64,000 nucleotides of DNA from Candidatus Latescibacterota bacterium. GTDB lineage: Bacteria; Latescibacterota; UBA2968; UBA8231. The DNA lies in NCBI GenBank assembly GCA_965248355.1, contig OZ252098.1, positions 2,464,001-2,528,000 on the forward strand, written 5' to 3'. The notes below the pieces were generated by a model. It searched no databases. It saw only the letters and a program-made list of their open reading frames with translations, and had not been told where the DNA came from. Both the position numbers and the translations under genes were made by a program. The first letter of the stretch is position 1. The number at the start of each line of letters is the position of its first letter. This document shows positions 1 through 11,083 of the stretch, one piece after another.

Positions 1-1322
1 GCAACCTCGCCGTCCGCTTGCAAGCAGGTCACGGCGTAGTTCGTAAGGCCAAGGCTGGTTCCCGTGTCCCACAGCGCACCAAGCCTGCCCACACCGCAGG
101 CGTTCGCTACGTCACGAACCAACCATCTTCTCTGACTCGGTCTCAGGTCTACGCCCGCCTCGAAGCGACCTGTCCCATCGTTGACCATCAACCCAGCGAA
201 CGGCCCCTTGGATCTCTGCCTGACTGCAAGGAGATCCACATCGCCATCTGCATCGCCGTCCGCGACGCCGTAAGAGCTTACTCCTTCGAGCTTCTTCACA
301 GGCTCCCACGTCCCGTGCCGATGTTGCAGCAACTGCGTTTCCCAAGAGTACCCGACGAAGACCTCGCTGGACCCGTCCCCATCCACATCACCGCTCAACA
401 GGCCGATCCCATCACCCTGGACCTCCGAAGTCCACGGCCTCAGAAACCCACCTTGACCATCTCCTTCGACCGCCACCCAGCCGAACTCCTCGACAATTCC
501 CCCTCCGCGCAGAAAGATCCTCCACCACGGGCTTGCCAAGTCCAACGCGCCATCCCCGTTGAAATCGTTCAAGGTCGCCACGGGAGCACCCCAGGGTCTG
601 CCGCTTTCGCCGATGCCTCTTACCCCAAGAGAAGTGAATTGCGCCCCCTCGAACAGCTTTCCGGAGATGGCGCTCTCTGCCAGGGATGGGGGACCCAACT
701 CGCCCCTGATCTGCTCCTCGACGCCTGTCAGCGTGATGCGGTCCACCTCCACCGAGCGAACGACCCTGCCGCTGGTCAGCTTGTCACTTTCCAGAGATCC
801 CAGGAGGAAAATCAACCGGATGTCCTGTAGCTCACCTACCCAGGTATCCGGCTTGGACTCCCGCAGGTCAAAGGTCAGCTCCTGCCACGATCCGTCTACC
901 ACGATTCGGTCCCCGAAGAGGATCGTCAGCCCTCGTCCGGGCCGTGTCAATATCGAATTCGTCCATGCTAACGTGGAGCCGGTCTTGAACGGCGTGTCTG
1001 TCACGAACCGTATTCGCAGCCGTACCTGGTCGAACAGAGCTGAATCTTGACCGATGATCGGTGACAGCATCTCCAGGGACGATGCAACCCTCGACGAGGA
1101 CGTGCTCCAGATCTCCGGGATGTCGATGATCCAGGAGCCCCCCTCTATCCTACCCTGGTAGATCTCTCGATTGATATTGAACCATCCCTCCCACGCCGTC
1201 CATGGGCTCGTTGTGGCCGCCTCTTCTTCGGTGAACTCCCACGTGATGGCGCCAAGGTTGGAGCCAGATGGAGTCGTGATACACAGGAAGACAAACAGGA
1301 AAATATTGTGAAGTCGTAGCAT
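1..1322 (-). CDS. Secreted FG-GAP/VCBS-repeat protein, 5' part (runs off left edge); paralog of 12531..14657
   Basis: Not in the ORF track. Hand translation from ATG 1322 (GGGGAG upstream) gives MLRLHNIFLFVFLCITTPSGSNLGAITWEFTEEEAATTSPWTAW..., then DVDGDGSSEV and DGDADGDVDLL repeats and ANACGVGRLGALW, colinear with the 12.5-kb paralog. Confidence 0.88.
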   Translation of the reverse strand, partial: MLRLHNIFLFVFLCITTPSGSNLGAITWEFTEEEAATTSPWTAWEGWFNINREIYQGRIEGGSWIIDIPEIWSTSSSRVASSLEMLSPIIGQDSALFDQVRLRIRFVTDTPFKTGSTLAWTNSILTRPGRGLTILFGDRIVVDGSWQELTFDLRESKPDTWVGELQDIRLIFLLGSLESDKLTSGRVVRSVEVDRITLTGVEEQIRGELGPPSLAESAISGKLFEGAQFTSLGVRGIGESGRPWGAPVATLNDFNGDGALDLASPWWRIFLRGGGIVEEFGWVAVEGDGQGGFLRPWTSEVQGDGIGLLSGDVDGDGSSEVFVGYSWETQLLQHRHGTWEPVKKLEGVSSYGVADGDADGDVDLLAVRQRSKGPFAGLMVNDGTGRFEAGVDLRPSQRRWLVRDVANACGVGRLGALWDTGTSLGLTNYAVTCLQADGEV

Positions 1323-1408
1323 TGCTCCCCGGTCTCGGGTCTCGTTGCGCCGCAAAAGCCCCCCGACAGAGAAGGCACGACACCGATTGACCGGCCACAC
1401 CGAGCTGA

Positions 1409-2155
1409 TCACGATGGCGCCGGCATAATGCGTTGGGAAACCAGGAATGGAAATACCGCCGTCGCCTCCACGGTTGGCCGGTCGTAGGTATCCACCCGCA
1501 GCACGATGCCCTCCACCGTCAGCCATACCTGCCTCACTTCGGGATGTAGAGGCGCGAAGACGACCTTTCCCGAGTAGCTGTCTCCCTGCCAGACAAAGGT
1601 GGAGGGCCGATAGAGCGCCCGCCGGACCAGACCGAGCCGCTCCTGGTAGTAATACCGCTCGTTTCCCCCCTCTCCCCGTCTTTTCTTGTAGTAGTCTTCG
1701 AAGCTGTTGTCCGCGTCCCTTTCCTCCTCGTCCCAATACTGATGACGACCCCCACGGTCGGTGGACAGGGTCATCCGCGCCGGATCGACCCTGACCTTTG
1801 GCAGGCCCTGGTTGACCACCGTCACCTGGAACACGGTGAACCGCGGAGGGGAATAGCCGAGGTCCAGATCCCTGTCCTTCCCGTAGGTGAAGGGATTCAG
1901 ATTCGGGTCTCGCAGGGTGTATAGCCGGTACTCCTCGTTCAACTCCTGGTCGCTCACGTACCGCACTTTCAGCCTGAATCCCTCCTGCTCGAACACGGCG
2001 GTGCTGTCCACCGGGTCGAACCGGTAGGAACCGGTAGCATCGCTCCCGGGGGCCAAATCCATTGAAGTGTGGTACACCAAGTTGGGCGGCAACTGCAGGC
2101 AGCCAGAGCCTATCACCACGAGCCCCTGAAGGGCGACGACCCGGGCCGAGCCCAC
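1409..2155 (-). CDS. Putative lipoprotein, function unknown (248 aa)
   Basis: GTG start overlaps the TAG of the TPR gene (TAGTG). Hydrophobic N-terminus with lipobox-like IGSG-C. The ORF-track start at 2557 lies inside the TPR gene. Confidence 0.75.
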   Translation of the reverse strand: MGSARVVALQGLVVIGSGCLQLPPNLVYHTSMDLAPGSDATGSYRFDPVDSTAVFEQEGFRLKVRYVSDQELNEEYRLYTLRDPNLNPFTYGKDRDLDLGYSPPRFTVFQVTVVNQGLPKVRVDPARMTLSTDRGGRHQYWDEEERDADNSFEDYYKKRRGEGGNERYYYQERLGLVRRALYRPSTFVWQGDSYSGKVVFAPLHPEVRQVWLTVEGIVLRVDTYDRPTVEATAVFPFLVSQRIMPAPS

Positions 2156-5100
2156 TAGAGCTGCTCCTCGCCGAACACGTTCCTGCCAACCCATCGCAAC
2201 CCCTCGCGCGCGAAGTCGGCCTCCGGTTCCGCGCCGGGTCTCCCCTCCAGCGCTGTGAGGGCCTCCGCATAGACCTCCACCGCCTCCCTCCACAGCTCTT
2301 GTCGCTCCAGGGCCGCGCCCAAGTTGCAGCGCGCCGCCGCCTCCGCCGAGGTTCCGGGATGCTCGGTCACGACGCGGCCAAGGACCTCGGCGGCCTCTTC
2401 GTACCGTTCCTCGTGAAATAGCTCCATCCCCACGTCGTAGAGGGATTCTGCGTCCCTCTCGGCCAAGTATCCGAGGAACGTCCGGGCGGTCGACGCTTCG
2501 GCGCTTTTCCCCCAGCGGTCCACGATCACTTGATAGACTCCTGCGGCCAGCTCCCATTCCTCGGCGTTGTAGTGGTGATCCCCGACATGGAGCAATCCCT
2601 GCCGCGCCCTCTCGCTGCCCGGGAAGCGTTCAGCCAAGGCCTCGAAGGCCGATTGCATGCCGGTCACGTCCTCGAGGTTCAGGCGGCACCAGCCGATGCC
2701 GTACATCGCTTCTGCTGCTTGTTCGCTGTCCGGCCAACGCTCCACCACCCGGCCGTACGCAGCCTCCGCCTCATCGAAACGCCCGGTGTCGAACCACAAC
2801 TCCCCCACCTCGAAAGCCGCCGCCGGCGCCATCCTGTGCTCCGGATAGAAGTCGCTCATGCGCTGGAGGGTTGCCATCGCTTCTGTGTTCTTCTCAAGGG
2901 CCAGCAAGCACTGGGCTTCGTAGTACATCGCCGAGCCCTGCATCGGTCGACTTCCAGCAGCCCTCGCCGACGCCAACCGGCCCCGGGCCTCCTCGAAGGC
3001 TCCCAGTTGCATGGCCACGGCTCCCAAGCTGAAGTCGAACTCGGCCGCCAGCCAGGTTTCCCGGGCGAGGTCACCCCCCCGTTCCAGTGCCCGCCTGGCC
3101 TCGGCGACACGGCCTTGTGCCTGCAGGGATCGACCCTTCAGCAGGGCCGCCCTGAGGGCCTGTTCACCCTGGGCGTCGATCAGGTGTGCCAACTCGGCCT
3201 CGGCGCGGGCGAGCTCACCCGTATCCAGCCAATGCTGCGCCATGCCCAGCCGCCCTTCTGCCTCGGTGGCGGGACTCCCCAGCAACTCCTGATAGAGGAG
3301 CTTGGCGCGCTCCGGGTCCCCGAGCCGATGGGCGCACAGCCCGAGCGCCCGGACCAGTCGGCCAAGTCCCCCGGCGCCGGCCCCTGGCGCCAGGCTTGCC
3401 CGCCAGACATCCCAGGCCTCCTCGGCTTGACCCGTCTCCAGAAGGCTCCAGCCAAGCCCGAACCGGGCCGCCGGCATCAGGTCCCCGCCAAGCCCCTCGA
3501 CGGCCTTCCCAAGCACCGGAATCGCAGCTTGGTGCCTGCCCTGCAGGTGATACAGCAGTCCCAACTGTGCCAGTGCCTCGAAACGGAGAGGTCCCGCGGC
3601 CAGTTGCTCCAACTGCTCTTCGAGTAACTCCCGGGCCTGGGACAGCTGGCCGGCCTCCACCATCACCTGCGCCATCTCAAACCGGGCCAGGTGTGCGTGG
3701 GGCCAGTCCTCCTCGAACGACGCCAGCAACCTGAGCGCGACTTCGAGCCGTCCCGCGAATCGATGCCGGCGCCCCAGCTCCAGAACGGCGACCGACCGCA
3801 CCTCCGGGTCGCTGCACCGCTCCAGCAGCCCTGCGTACACCGAGTCCGCCAATGCGGGCTCCACTCGCGCCAAGGATAGGCGCGCCCGGCAGGCCAACTC
3901 CCCTTCCATTCCTCCCAGCACCTCGAAGGCCTCGCGAGCCCCTGTCGTGTCCCCCAGAGCCAGCTGCAGCTCACCCATCATCATTAGGGTCTGGGCGTGC
4001 AACCCTCTTTCCGTCTCCGAATCCAGCACGGCCTGGAGCTGGTCGACGGCCTCCGACCTCCACACTTGGGCAGAGTCCTTCACCCCCGCCGATTGCGCCA
4101 ACTCAGCCAGGCACTCGGCCACGCGAACGCGGGCCTCCTCGACCGAGATGCCGGCCTCTATAGCCTGCCCCTCGAAAATCCTCAGGTACACTCGGTGGGC
4201 CGCCAGCGACTCGTCGTACCGCTGCGCCTCGTGAAGGGCGGCCATGCTCGCCGCGTGCATCCGCGCTTGGAACCCCCTGCGCGGCTGCGCCTCGCCGGCC
4301 CGACGATAGACCGCCGCCGCAGCCTCCGGCCCCTCCGTTTCCTCCAGCAACAGCCCATGCCGGATCCAGGCCTGCTCCGCCAGGAACTCCTCCTGACGGA
4401 ACTCCTCCTGCACCGTCCGGTAGGCGCGAACGGCCGCCTGCGGCTGCCCGAGCCTCGCCAGCAGGTCCCCCCGCTTCAGCCACGCCTTGACCGCGACCGA
4501 CCGGCGGCTGGTTCCCTCCCGCAGGCCTCTCAGGGCCATCTCCGTCCGTTCTCTATCGCTCATCACCGCCGGGTTGTAGTCCTCGGCCAAGCTGACAAAG
4601 GTCGCCAGGGCCTCCTCGAGACGACCTTCCTGCTCGAGAGCCAAGCCGATCTGCAACCTGGCTCGATCCGAGCGGATGGTGGCACCGCCCTGTTCCACGT
4701 ACGAGCTGAAGGCGGCGATAGCTTCGTGGTAGGCTTCCAGGCGGTACTTCGCCCACCCAAGCGTATACAGGGCGTGCCCCGCAAAGGAGGAGGCGGGAAA
4801 AAGCTGCAGCAGCAGGTCGCAGGCGTCGGCCGCCTCCTTGTGCCGTCCGGCCTCGAACCAGCTCTCGGCCACCAGGTAGGCCGCCCTCTCGCGCAGGCTG
4901 AACCGCGGATCGTCTCGAAGGGCTGCGAACTGCTGCGCCGCGGCCGACAGGGACGACCGTACCTTCTCGACGAGAGAGTCGGCCACGGCCGGATCCGCCA
5001 GCTCGCGCTCCTTCTGCATCTGTCTGGCCTGCCACCGGTGGCTGTTGGCCAACTGATAGCGCGCTGCGTCGCGCAGGTTGAGGGTTTCCTCGTCCACCTG

Positions 5101-5301
5101 CACCATCACCTGCGACGGCTTCATCAGCGGCCGGTCCGGCACCGCCAGGATCCGGTCGTACCCGAACCGTGCGCCTTCGAAGTCGCCACTTGCCAGAAGC
5201 CTCTGCGCGCGAAGGAAGAGGCGACCCATATCCTCCGGATTGGTCACCACTTGGCTCAGCGTGACCACACCGGCCAGGACGATGCCCAGGAGGTACGCCA
5301 T
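2155..5301 (-). CDS. Large exported tetratricopeptide-repeat protein (1048 aa, BamD/CpoB-like repeats)
   Basis: ATG 5301 overlaps the upstream TGA. Signal-like MAYLLGIVLAGVVTLSQ. Many TPR units, e.g. ALYTLGWAKYRLEAYHEAI, AAFEVGELWFDTGRFDEAEAAYGRVVERWPDS, AMYGIGWCRLNL. Confidence 0.9.
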   Translation of the reverse strand: MAYLLGIVLAGVVTLSQVVTNPEDMGRLFLRAQRLLASGDFEGARFGYDRILAVPDRPLMKPSQVMVQVDEETLNLRDAARYQLANSHRWQARQMQKERELADPAVADSLVEKVRSSLSAAAQQFAALRDDPRFSLRERAAYLVAESWFEAGRHKEAADACDLLLQLFPASSFAGHALYTLGWAKYRLEAYHEAIAAFSSYVEQGGATIRSDRARLQIGLALEQEGRLEEALATFVSLAEDYNPAVMSDRERTEMALRGLREGTSRRSVAVKAWLKRGDLLARLGQPQAAVRAYRTVQEEFRQEEFLAEQAWIRHGLLLEETEGPEAAAAVYRRAGEAQPRRGFQARMHAASMAALHEAQRYDESLAAHRVYLRIFEGQAIEAGISVEEARVRVAECLAELAQSAGVKDSAQVWRSEAVDQLQAVLDSETERGLHAQTLMMMGELQLALGDTTGAREAFEVLGGMEGELACRARLSLARVEPALADSVYAGLLERCSDPEVRSVAVLELGRRHRFAGRLEVALRLLASFEEDWPHAHLARFEMAQVMVEAGQLSQARELLEEQLEQLAAGPLRFEALAQLGLLYHLQGRHQAAIPVLGKAVEGLGGDLMPAARFGLGWSLLETGQAEEAWDVWRASLAPGAGAGGLGRLVRALGLCAHRLGDPERAKLLYQELLGSPATEAEGRLGMAQHWLDTGELARAEAELAHLIDAQGEQALRAALLKGRSLQAQGRVAEARRALERGGDLARETWLAAEFDFSLGAVAMQLGAFEEARGRLASARAAGSRPMQGSAMYYEAQCLLALEKNTEAMATLQRMSDFYPEHRMAPAAAFEVGELWFDTGRFDEAEAAYGRVVERWPDSEQAAEAMYGIGWCRLNLEDVTGMQSAFEALAERFPGSERARQGLLHVGDHHYNAEEWELAAGVYQVIVDRWGKSAEASTARTFLGYLAERDAESLYDVGMELFHEERYEEAAEVLGRVVTEHPGTSAEAAARCNLGAALERQELWREAVEVYAEALTALEGRPGAEPEADFAREGLRWVGRNVFGEEQL

Positions 5302-6724
5302 CAGCGCTCGTAGCCCGCGATGATGGTGACGAAGAACCGGGAGAAACCGCCGGACCGGGTCCTGGCCACGGCCGGGTCGGCGTAGACTACGTGACGTCGC
5401 TGTACCCCCGTGTTGGTCACGATCGTGTAGCCCTGGTACTCGCCTCGCACCGTGAGCATCAGCACCGAGTCCGCCGACTTCAGCTCGCGCTCGGGGTCCA
5501 CGCGGTCGACGATCCGGAAGGCCAGCGGAGCGAAAAGCCTCTTCGTGAAGGGCCCTCCCAACCCTTGCTGGCCGAACTGCAGCGACGTCCGGCGGGTGAA
5601 GTTCAAGTCCAGGCGCAGAATCGGCGCGATCTGGTGCCATTCCTCAAGGGGACGCCGGCGTTCGCTGCGCGTCCCCCGCAGGTACAGGTGCTTGAACATG
5701 GGCTGCACCGTGACCGGGCCCCGCTGCCAGCGCCAGTCCGCCTTGTTCGTCACCGCGATCGTCTGGCGCCGCGAGCCCTCCGACAGCCGGCGGTTCAGGA
5801 CCCACTGCAGGTTGTTCACGACCGTCAAAGCAGGCACCCGCGTGACCTCGGTACCCACGTAGCTGGTGTGCACCCACGAGTCGGCCATGTCCAGGGCGTC
5901 CGGCCTGGGAGGCCGACTGGGATTGTTGTTGGCCCCGGGCACGAAGACGAAGACGGGGTCCGGAATCGTGTCCTGGACCCGCTTGCTGTCGTGTCTGAGC
6001 TCGACCCGGCCCCAGCGCGGGGCGTCGATGTCGTACGAGATGCGCCCATACCGAGAGGTCGCCTGGCCGCCGCCGGCGATCTCCTTCAAGCGATAGTAGC
6101 CGAGGCCGGCCACGAGTTCCGCCACGGGCTTGCCCGGCAGGGACAGGAAGGTGTGATAGCCCCTGCGGTCGCGGTCGTAGGGGTAGTCGGGCTTGTCGTC
6201 GTTCTCTCGCTCGTCGATGACGCCGTTGTTGTTGAGATCGATCCCGTAGACGAACTCCTGGCGGTCGGAGTAGTACAGCAGGAAAGGCTCCTCGAAGTCG
6301 GGGACGCCGTTGGCATTCTGATCGTCATCGGGGACGTTGTCGTTGTCCAGGTCCAGTCCAGGATAGACCCCCGATTCCGGCTCCGAGCCGTTCGGGTAGT
6401 CCCGCAGATTGTCGTCCGCGTACCGATCGTCGTCGTCGTTGTCGTCCACGAGCGGATACTCGGCCAGCATCTGCTGATCACGCGTTTCCCCGGCCAGGTC
6501 CGTGTAGAGCCGAACGCCCCCGCGTCGGCTATCGTACCCTCCCCCGTACCGCGGGCCCAGGTGAAAGACCTCGGCCCCGATCTCGAAGGACCCGGCATCC
6601 CGAAGCATCGTGAGGTACCAGGCCTCGTCCCGCCGAATCGACTGCTTGCCCCCGATGACGGGGAAGCGTTGGTAGAGCAGGTTCCGCTCGTACTCCCCCT
6701 TCACCTGCAGACCCACCAGTTGCG

Positions 6725-8148
6725 GGGCAAGTCCCATTTTCAGTTGAAACGTAGCCCAGGCTCGAGTGGATGAGTCAGCCCGTCATCGCGAGCTGCTGGA
6801 TGCCGAGCTCGGCTTGGAGCGCTTGCCGGAGCATCGGCAGGTGGTGGTAGCCGTTGACCCGGCGGAGGCGAGGTTCGATGTCAAGCAACGCCGTGGCGAC
6901 CCAGCGGTGACGCTGCGACGAGTTGGTCCAGCGCCGCACGTTGTGCGTCAACTGCTCCAGGAGACTGTTGACGTTCTCGATACAGTTGGTGGTACGGAAG
7001 GAGGCCTTCAGCATCGGCATCAGGCCCAGGCGGTGGAGCGTGAGGGTTTCTTGCTGGCCTTCCTCCAAGCTGCGCAGGGCCGACTGGTTCATCAACTGCA
7101 ACCCCGGTTTCAGCGCCTCCAGGGCGGCTTGGGCCTCCTCGTACGTCGAGTGCCCATACGCCGCTTCCAGCTTTCGACGAAGGCCGGCCTGCTCGCTCTT
7201 GGGCAGGTACGAGACCACGTTCTGGCGCTTGTGATACTGGCATCGCTGCACGCAGGCATGGCCTTGAAGCACCGACCGCACCGCCTTGTACAGGCCCTTG
7301 CCTCCATCGATCACCACGAGCAGCCCGGCTTCGTATTGCAGGCCCCGCTCGACCAGCTCCGCCAGGAAGCGGCGACAGACGCGCTCGTTCTCGGTGGCCG
7401 CCTGCACGAAGCCCAAGGGCACCTTCTGGCCCTCCAGAGTCACACCCAGGGCGATGAGGATCTCCTCGTCGGCGAAGCTCTTGCCGTCCAGAAACAGCGC
7501 CACCAGGTCGTAGCCTTCCAAGGATCGCTGCTGGAATTCGGCCAGCTTGCGCGCCGTGCCTTTCACGTACCGGCGAGAGACCGAGGAACGGGACAGACCG
7601 AAGGCTTGCGGGACGGTCTCGGCGCAGGCCTCGTAGTTGCGCGTGGCCAAGCCCTTCAGCACCCGCAACAACAGCCCCTGGTCCATCTGCCTCGGCGTCT
7701 GCAGGGCCTGATAGGCCTCCAGCGGGACCTCGGTGCCGCGGACCACATCGCGCACGCGCGGCACCTCGACCGGCAGTTTCTGATCGCCCAGGTACACCGA
7801 CCCGGCCTGCGCCCCCCAGCGGCGCAACGCCTGATCCGGACCCTTGCGCTGATACCGAGGTCCGGCCAAGGCCTCGACCGACTGCTGCAGCTCCTCCGAG
7901 ACCGCCTGCAGACCCAAAGGGATCAGCAGCTGGATGACCTCGATGCGAGTCTCCAGATCGTCCATCGACGCGGTGGCTTGGCGGTTCACGGGGCCGATGG
8001 CCACGGTCCGTTTGACGCCCTTCTTCCGTGCTTGTAGCTTGCTCATGGCAGGCTCCTTGGGTTACCGATACGAGGCTTCTTGGGGATTTCTCGTATCAAA
8101 CGTAACGATGGGAGCCTGTGCTATTTCAACTAAGATCGGGACAATGCC
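6725..8148 (-). mobile_element. IS256-family insertion sequence (1424 bp)
   Basis: Imperfect terminal IRs GGGCAAGTCCCATTTTCAGTTGAAA / GGCATTGTCCCGATCTTAGTTGAAA. 8-bp TSD CAGTTGCG at 6717..6724 and 8149..8156. Confidence 0.93.
6775..8046 (-). CDS. IS256-family (Mutator-type) DDE transposase
   Basis: VPRVRD, LFLDGK, VIDGGKGL, QRCQYHK and TTNCIENVNS motifs. Confidence 0.93.
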   Translation of the reverse strand: MSKLQARKKGVKRTVAIGPVNRQATASMDDLETRIEVIQLLIPLGLQAVSEELQQSVEALAGPRYQRKGPDQALRRWGAQAGSVYLGDQKLPVEVPRVRDVVRGTEVPLEAYQALQTPRQMDQGLLLRVLKGLATRNYEACAETVPQAFGLSRSSVSRRYVKGTARKLAEFQQRSLEGYDLVALFLDGKSFADEEILIALGVTLEGQKVPLGFVQAATENERVCRRFLAELVERGLQYEAGLLVVIDGGKGLYKAVRSVLQGHACVQRCQYHKRQNVVSYLPKSEQAGLRRKLEAAYGHSTYEEAQAALEALKPGLQLMNQSALRSLEEGQQETLTLHRLGLMPMLKASFRTTNCIENVNSLLEQLTHNVRRWTNSSQRHRWVATALLDIEPRLRRVNGYHHLPMLRQALQAELGIQQLAMTG

Positions 8149-9368
8149 CAGTTGCGCGTCGAGATTGAAACCCAGGATGGTCTGCCCCGTCATCAGTCCG
8201 TGCTCGAAGGAGACCTCTCTCCGGTTCGAGTAGTCCTGCGCCTCCCCCGGGGCCCGGGCCTGGGTCTGATACGGCGTCACCCGCGGTTCGAAACGACCAT
8301 ACAATGGCACGTAGAAGGGGTGTTGCTGCCGCGTCTGTATGTTGAAGTCGTTGGCCACCACCGCCCGAAAGGCCACGGACCGCGCCGACACCTGCTCGGG
8401 CAAGACGAACACGTACTCCGCCGCCTCCCTGCCCAGGACCTCGCGGAATCCCTCCTTGAGCCGGCCTCCGGCCACGACGGGCGCCAAGGCCGGATCGAAG
8501 TCGGGACTGTCCGGATCGGAGCTGAGGGTCACCTCCCCTTCCTCCGTGAGCCCGGTGACCTCCATGAACACATCGTAGACGGCCGCCCCCGAGTGCTCCG
8601 TTTCCGGGGAGTCATCGGCGATCCGGATCCGGATCTCGTCTGGAGCCTGAATCTCCGGGTAGGGGATGCTGCCGCGCAGGAGACCTCCCTCGCTGCCGAA
8701 GGCGGTGTTGGCTTGGTGCTGGTTCACGAAGGTCGCGCCAAAGGTCAGCACGTCCCCCACCCGCGACTGCCAATGGGCGGCCAGATTGAAGACCGGGTTC
8801 GACTCATCCTCCTCGACATAGTTGATCAGGAGGCCCGTGCCCTGAGCGATCGGAGACGAAAAGCTGCTGAGAGTAGGGAACAGAGAGGAGTCGAATCCAC
8901 GATTTACCAGCGCCGTGATCTTGTTCGCGGGGAACACCAGGTCCCAGCGCAGGCCATTGAACCCGGCCTGACGGAAAGTCAGAGGCGTCAGTTGGGTCCG
9001 CACTTCGTCGCCGGCCGTCATCGCCCAGCTCGCCGGACCGTAGCTGTCGTTGGCGATGATCAGGTTGCTCAGGGAGCGGTACAGGTGGTCCTTGCGGATA
9101 CGGCTCTCGCCGGGCCGCCGTTCGTCCTGTTCAAAGACCAGGAAGCCCTCGGCCAGGAAGTTGCCCAAGTAGTCGTAGCGGTTCGTCAGCCGGATTTGTC
9201 GGCGATACGGCCGGTAGAGATCCTCGCCGTAGTTCCGGTAGGCAGTGGGCAGCACATGGCGCAGGTAGTCACGGGAGGGCTCGGCGTCGGGCAGGTCCGC
9301 GCCGGCCCCGAAGGCCATTCCCACGACAACGGCCGGCGCCATGGCAGGGGCCGCTGCCCGGCGAACCA

Positions 9369-11069
9369 TTAGTAGACCACTCCCACCGTGCCGACCCACA
9401 CGGCCCCTGCGTCAGCCTCGACCTCGACGCGCAACAGGTAGATGCCCGGGGCTGCCAAGGCGCCGGATTCGGCCCGCCCGTCCCACCGCAGGCGGTGCCG
9501 GCCCGCCGCCGACTCGCGCCCCTTCCACAGGGTCCGCACCGGGCGCCCCGACAGGTCGAAGAGGCGTACGGTGACGGGGCGGGGCACCTGTATTTTCCCC
9601 AGATCGAGCCTGATCTCCGTGCCTCCGGCGGCGGCGTTGAAAGGATTGGGCTCGACCCGGACCGCATCCGCCAGTAATACAGAGCTCTGCACACCCTTCC
9701 CCCTCAAGGTCCAGGCGCCATCGCTCTCTGGCCGGGCATTCTGGTAGTTCAAGGGCTCTCCGGCGCCCGACAGGCCCACCGCCGATCGCACCACCAGCAC
9801 GGGCTGCAGCAACACGGCGGTGAAGTCCACCTCGACCATGGCCGTGCCCGTCACCCGGGAGGCCGCTCCAAGATGGAGAAGCAGACCCGATTCGTCCCAT
9901 TCCGAGGCGTACTCTGAGGCAGGCAGGGCGAGGCCATCGACACGCACCTCCTGTACAATCCCCTGCAACCCGATCTCGATGAGGTCGAACCCCAGGTCCC
10001 CTTCATCAAGAGTGGCGGCCAACCTGTAGGTGAATCTCGTCTCCTCGCCAAGGACCGGATGCCTGGGCTCGATCCCCACCAGGACCGCGGTGGCGAGCAG
10101 AGACTCGTCGAACTGCAGCTCCACGGTTTCCAGGCCGGGTGACAGGAGAGCCCGGCGACTCTCCATGAGCACCCGATACTGGAGGTATCGGGCCGGTTCC
10201 GGGGCCGCGATCTCCACCGATCCGGAAGCGGACTCCTCTGGCAGTGTCCAAGACGGCAACTCATGCCACTGCGCCCATATGGCCGTGTCCGAAGTGGTCC
10301 GCGCCTGCACGTTCAGCCGGGTCTCTGCGGGGGCCAGGCCGGAGAACCGCATTGGCCCGAAGTTCACAGGGCGGCCGGCGTCCATCACGGGCGAGACCAG
10401 CTCGCCTTCCTGGCGATAGCCCGTGCCGTAGACCTCCACCTCACCGATGGACACCCAATTGGGCGGATCCTCGCGGGTGACCCGCAGACGCACGTACTGC
10501 CCCTGCACCGGCAGCGGCTGCCCCTGCTCGTCCGTGTCGAGCCAAGTGCTGTCCAGGGTCGTATCCACGAGGGGCTTGTTGTTGTCGCGCAGTTGCGCTA
10601 CCAGTACCCAGTCATCCGGCGCGCCCGCCGGAGCCACCTCGATGCGATACCCCTTCAGGTAGAACCGCGGCCGTTGCTGAAGTATCTCACCGGGGAGAAT
10701 CCGCATCTGCGTCAGCGCCCGGTCGCCATCCAGGACAATCGTGATCTCCTCCCCTAGCACGTGGGCTTCGTTGCCGAAACGCCATTCCGTCGATGTCTCC
10801 GCGTCGGTCACGCTCTGACTCCCCGTCAACGTCAGCGGACCGGACATCGCTGCCCTTCCCAAGGCCAGGTTGATGCCCGCGTACGACTCGAGCCGCAGCA
10901 CGCCCGCCGGGTCTACCTCCACGCCGAGCGCTCGGCCCCGAGCGAAGTCCTGCCCCCCATGCCGCAGAGTCGTCCGGTCGGCGCCGCTCGCCGTTGCCAT
11001 CCCACACAGCCATCCGAGGACCCACCAGCTTGGCCGTCCACGGCGCCCCTCTCTGCTCCATGGTCGCAT
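9369..11069 (-). CDS. Secreted protein with discoidin/F5-8-type-C-like domain and C-terminal FlgD-Ig (Por-tail-like) domain
   Basis: Signal peptide; NLALGR...GQYVRLRVTR...SIGEVEVYG; C-terminal PNPFN...LFDLSGRPVRTL...WDGRAESGALAAPGIYLLRV. Confidence 0.8.
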   Translation of the reverse strand: MRPWSREGRRGRPSWWVLGWLCGMATASGADRTTLRHGGQDFARGRALGVEVDPAGVLRLESYAGINLALGRAAMSGPLTLTGSQSVTDAETSTEWRFGNEAHVLGEEITIVLDGDRALTQMRILPGEILQQRPRFYLKGYRIEVAPAGAPDDWVLVAQLRDNNKPLVDTTLDSTWLDTDEQGQPLPVQGQYVRLRVTREDPPNWVSIGEVEVYGTGYRQEGELVSPVMDAGRPVNFGPMRFSGLAPAETRLNVQARTTSDTAIWAQWHELPSWTLPEESASGSVEIAAPEPARYLQYRVLMESRRALLSPGLETVELQFDESLLATAVLVGIEPRHPVLGEETRFTYRLAATLDEGDLGFDLIEIGLQGIVQEVRVDGLALPASEYASEWDESGLLLHLGAASRVTGTAMVEVDFTAVLLQPVLVVRSAVGLSGAGEPLNYQNARPESDGAWTLRGKGVQSSVLLADAVRVEPNPFNAAAGGTEIRLDLGKIQVPRPVTVRLFDLSGRPVRTLWKGRESAAGRHRLRWDGRAESGALAAPGIYLLRVEVEADAGAVWVGTVGVVY

Positions 11070-11083
11070 CCGTTCGTACCCGG

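Larger units (their letters stand above)
5301..9369 (-). pseudogene. Putative outer-membrane beta-barrel protein with Asp-rich Ca-binding loops (878 aa reconstructed), split by IS256
   Basis: Removing 6725..8148 plus one TSD joins GFNLDAQL to VGLQVKGEYERN in frame. Signal-like N-terminus, DDNDDDD/DLDNDNVPD/DLNNNGVID motifs, amphipathic strands and terminal FSRFFVTIIAGYER. The barrel call is inference. Confidence 0.75.
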
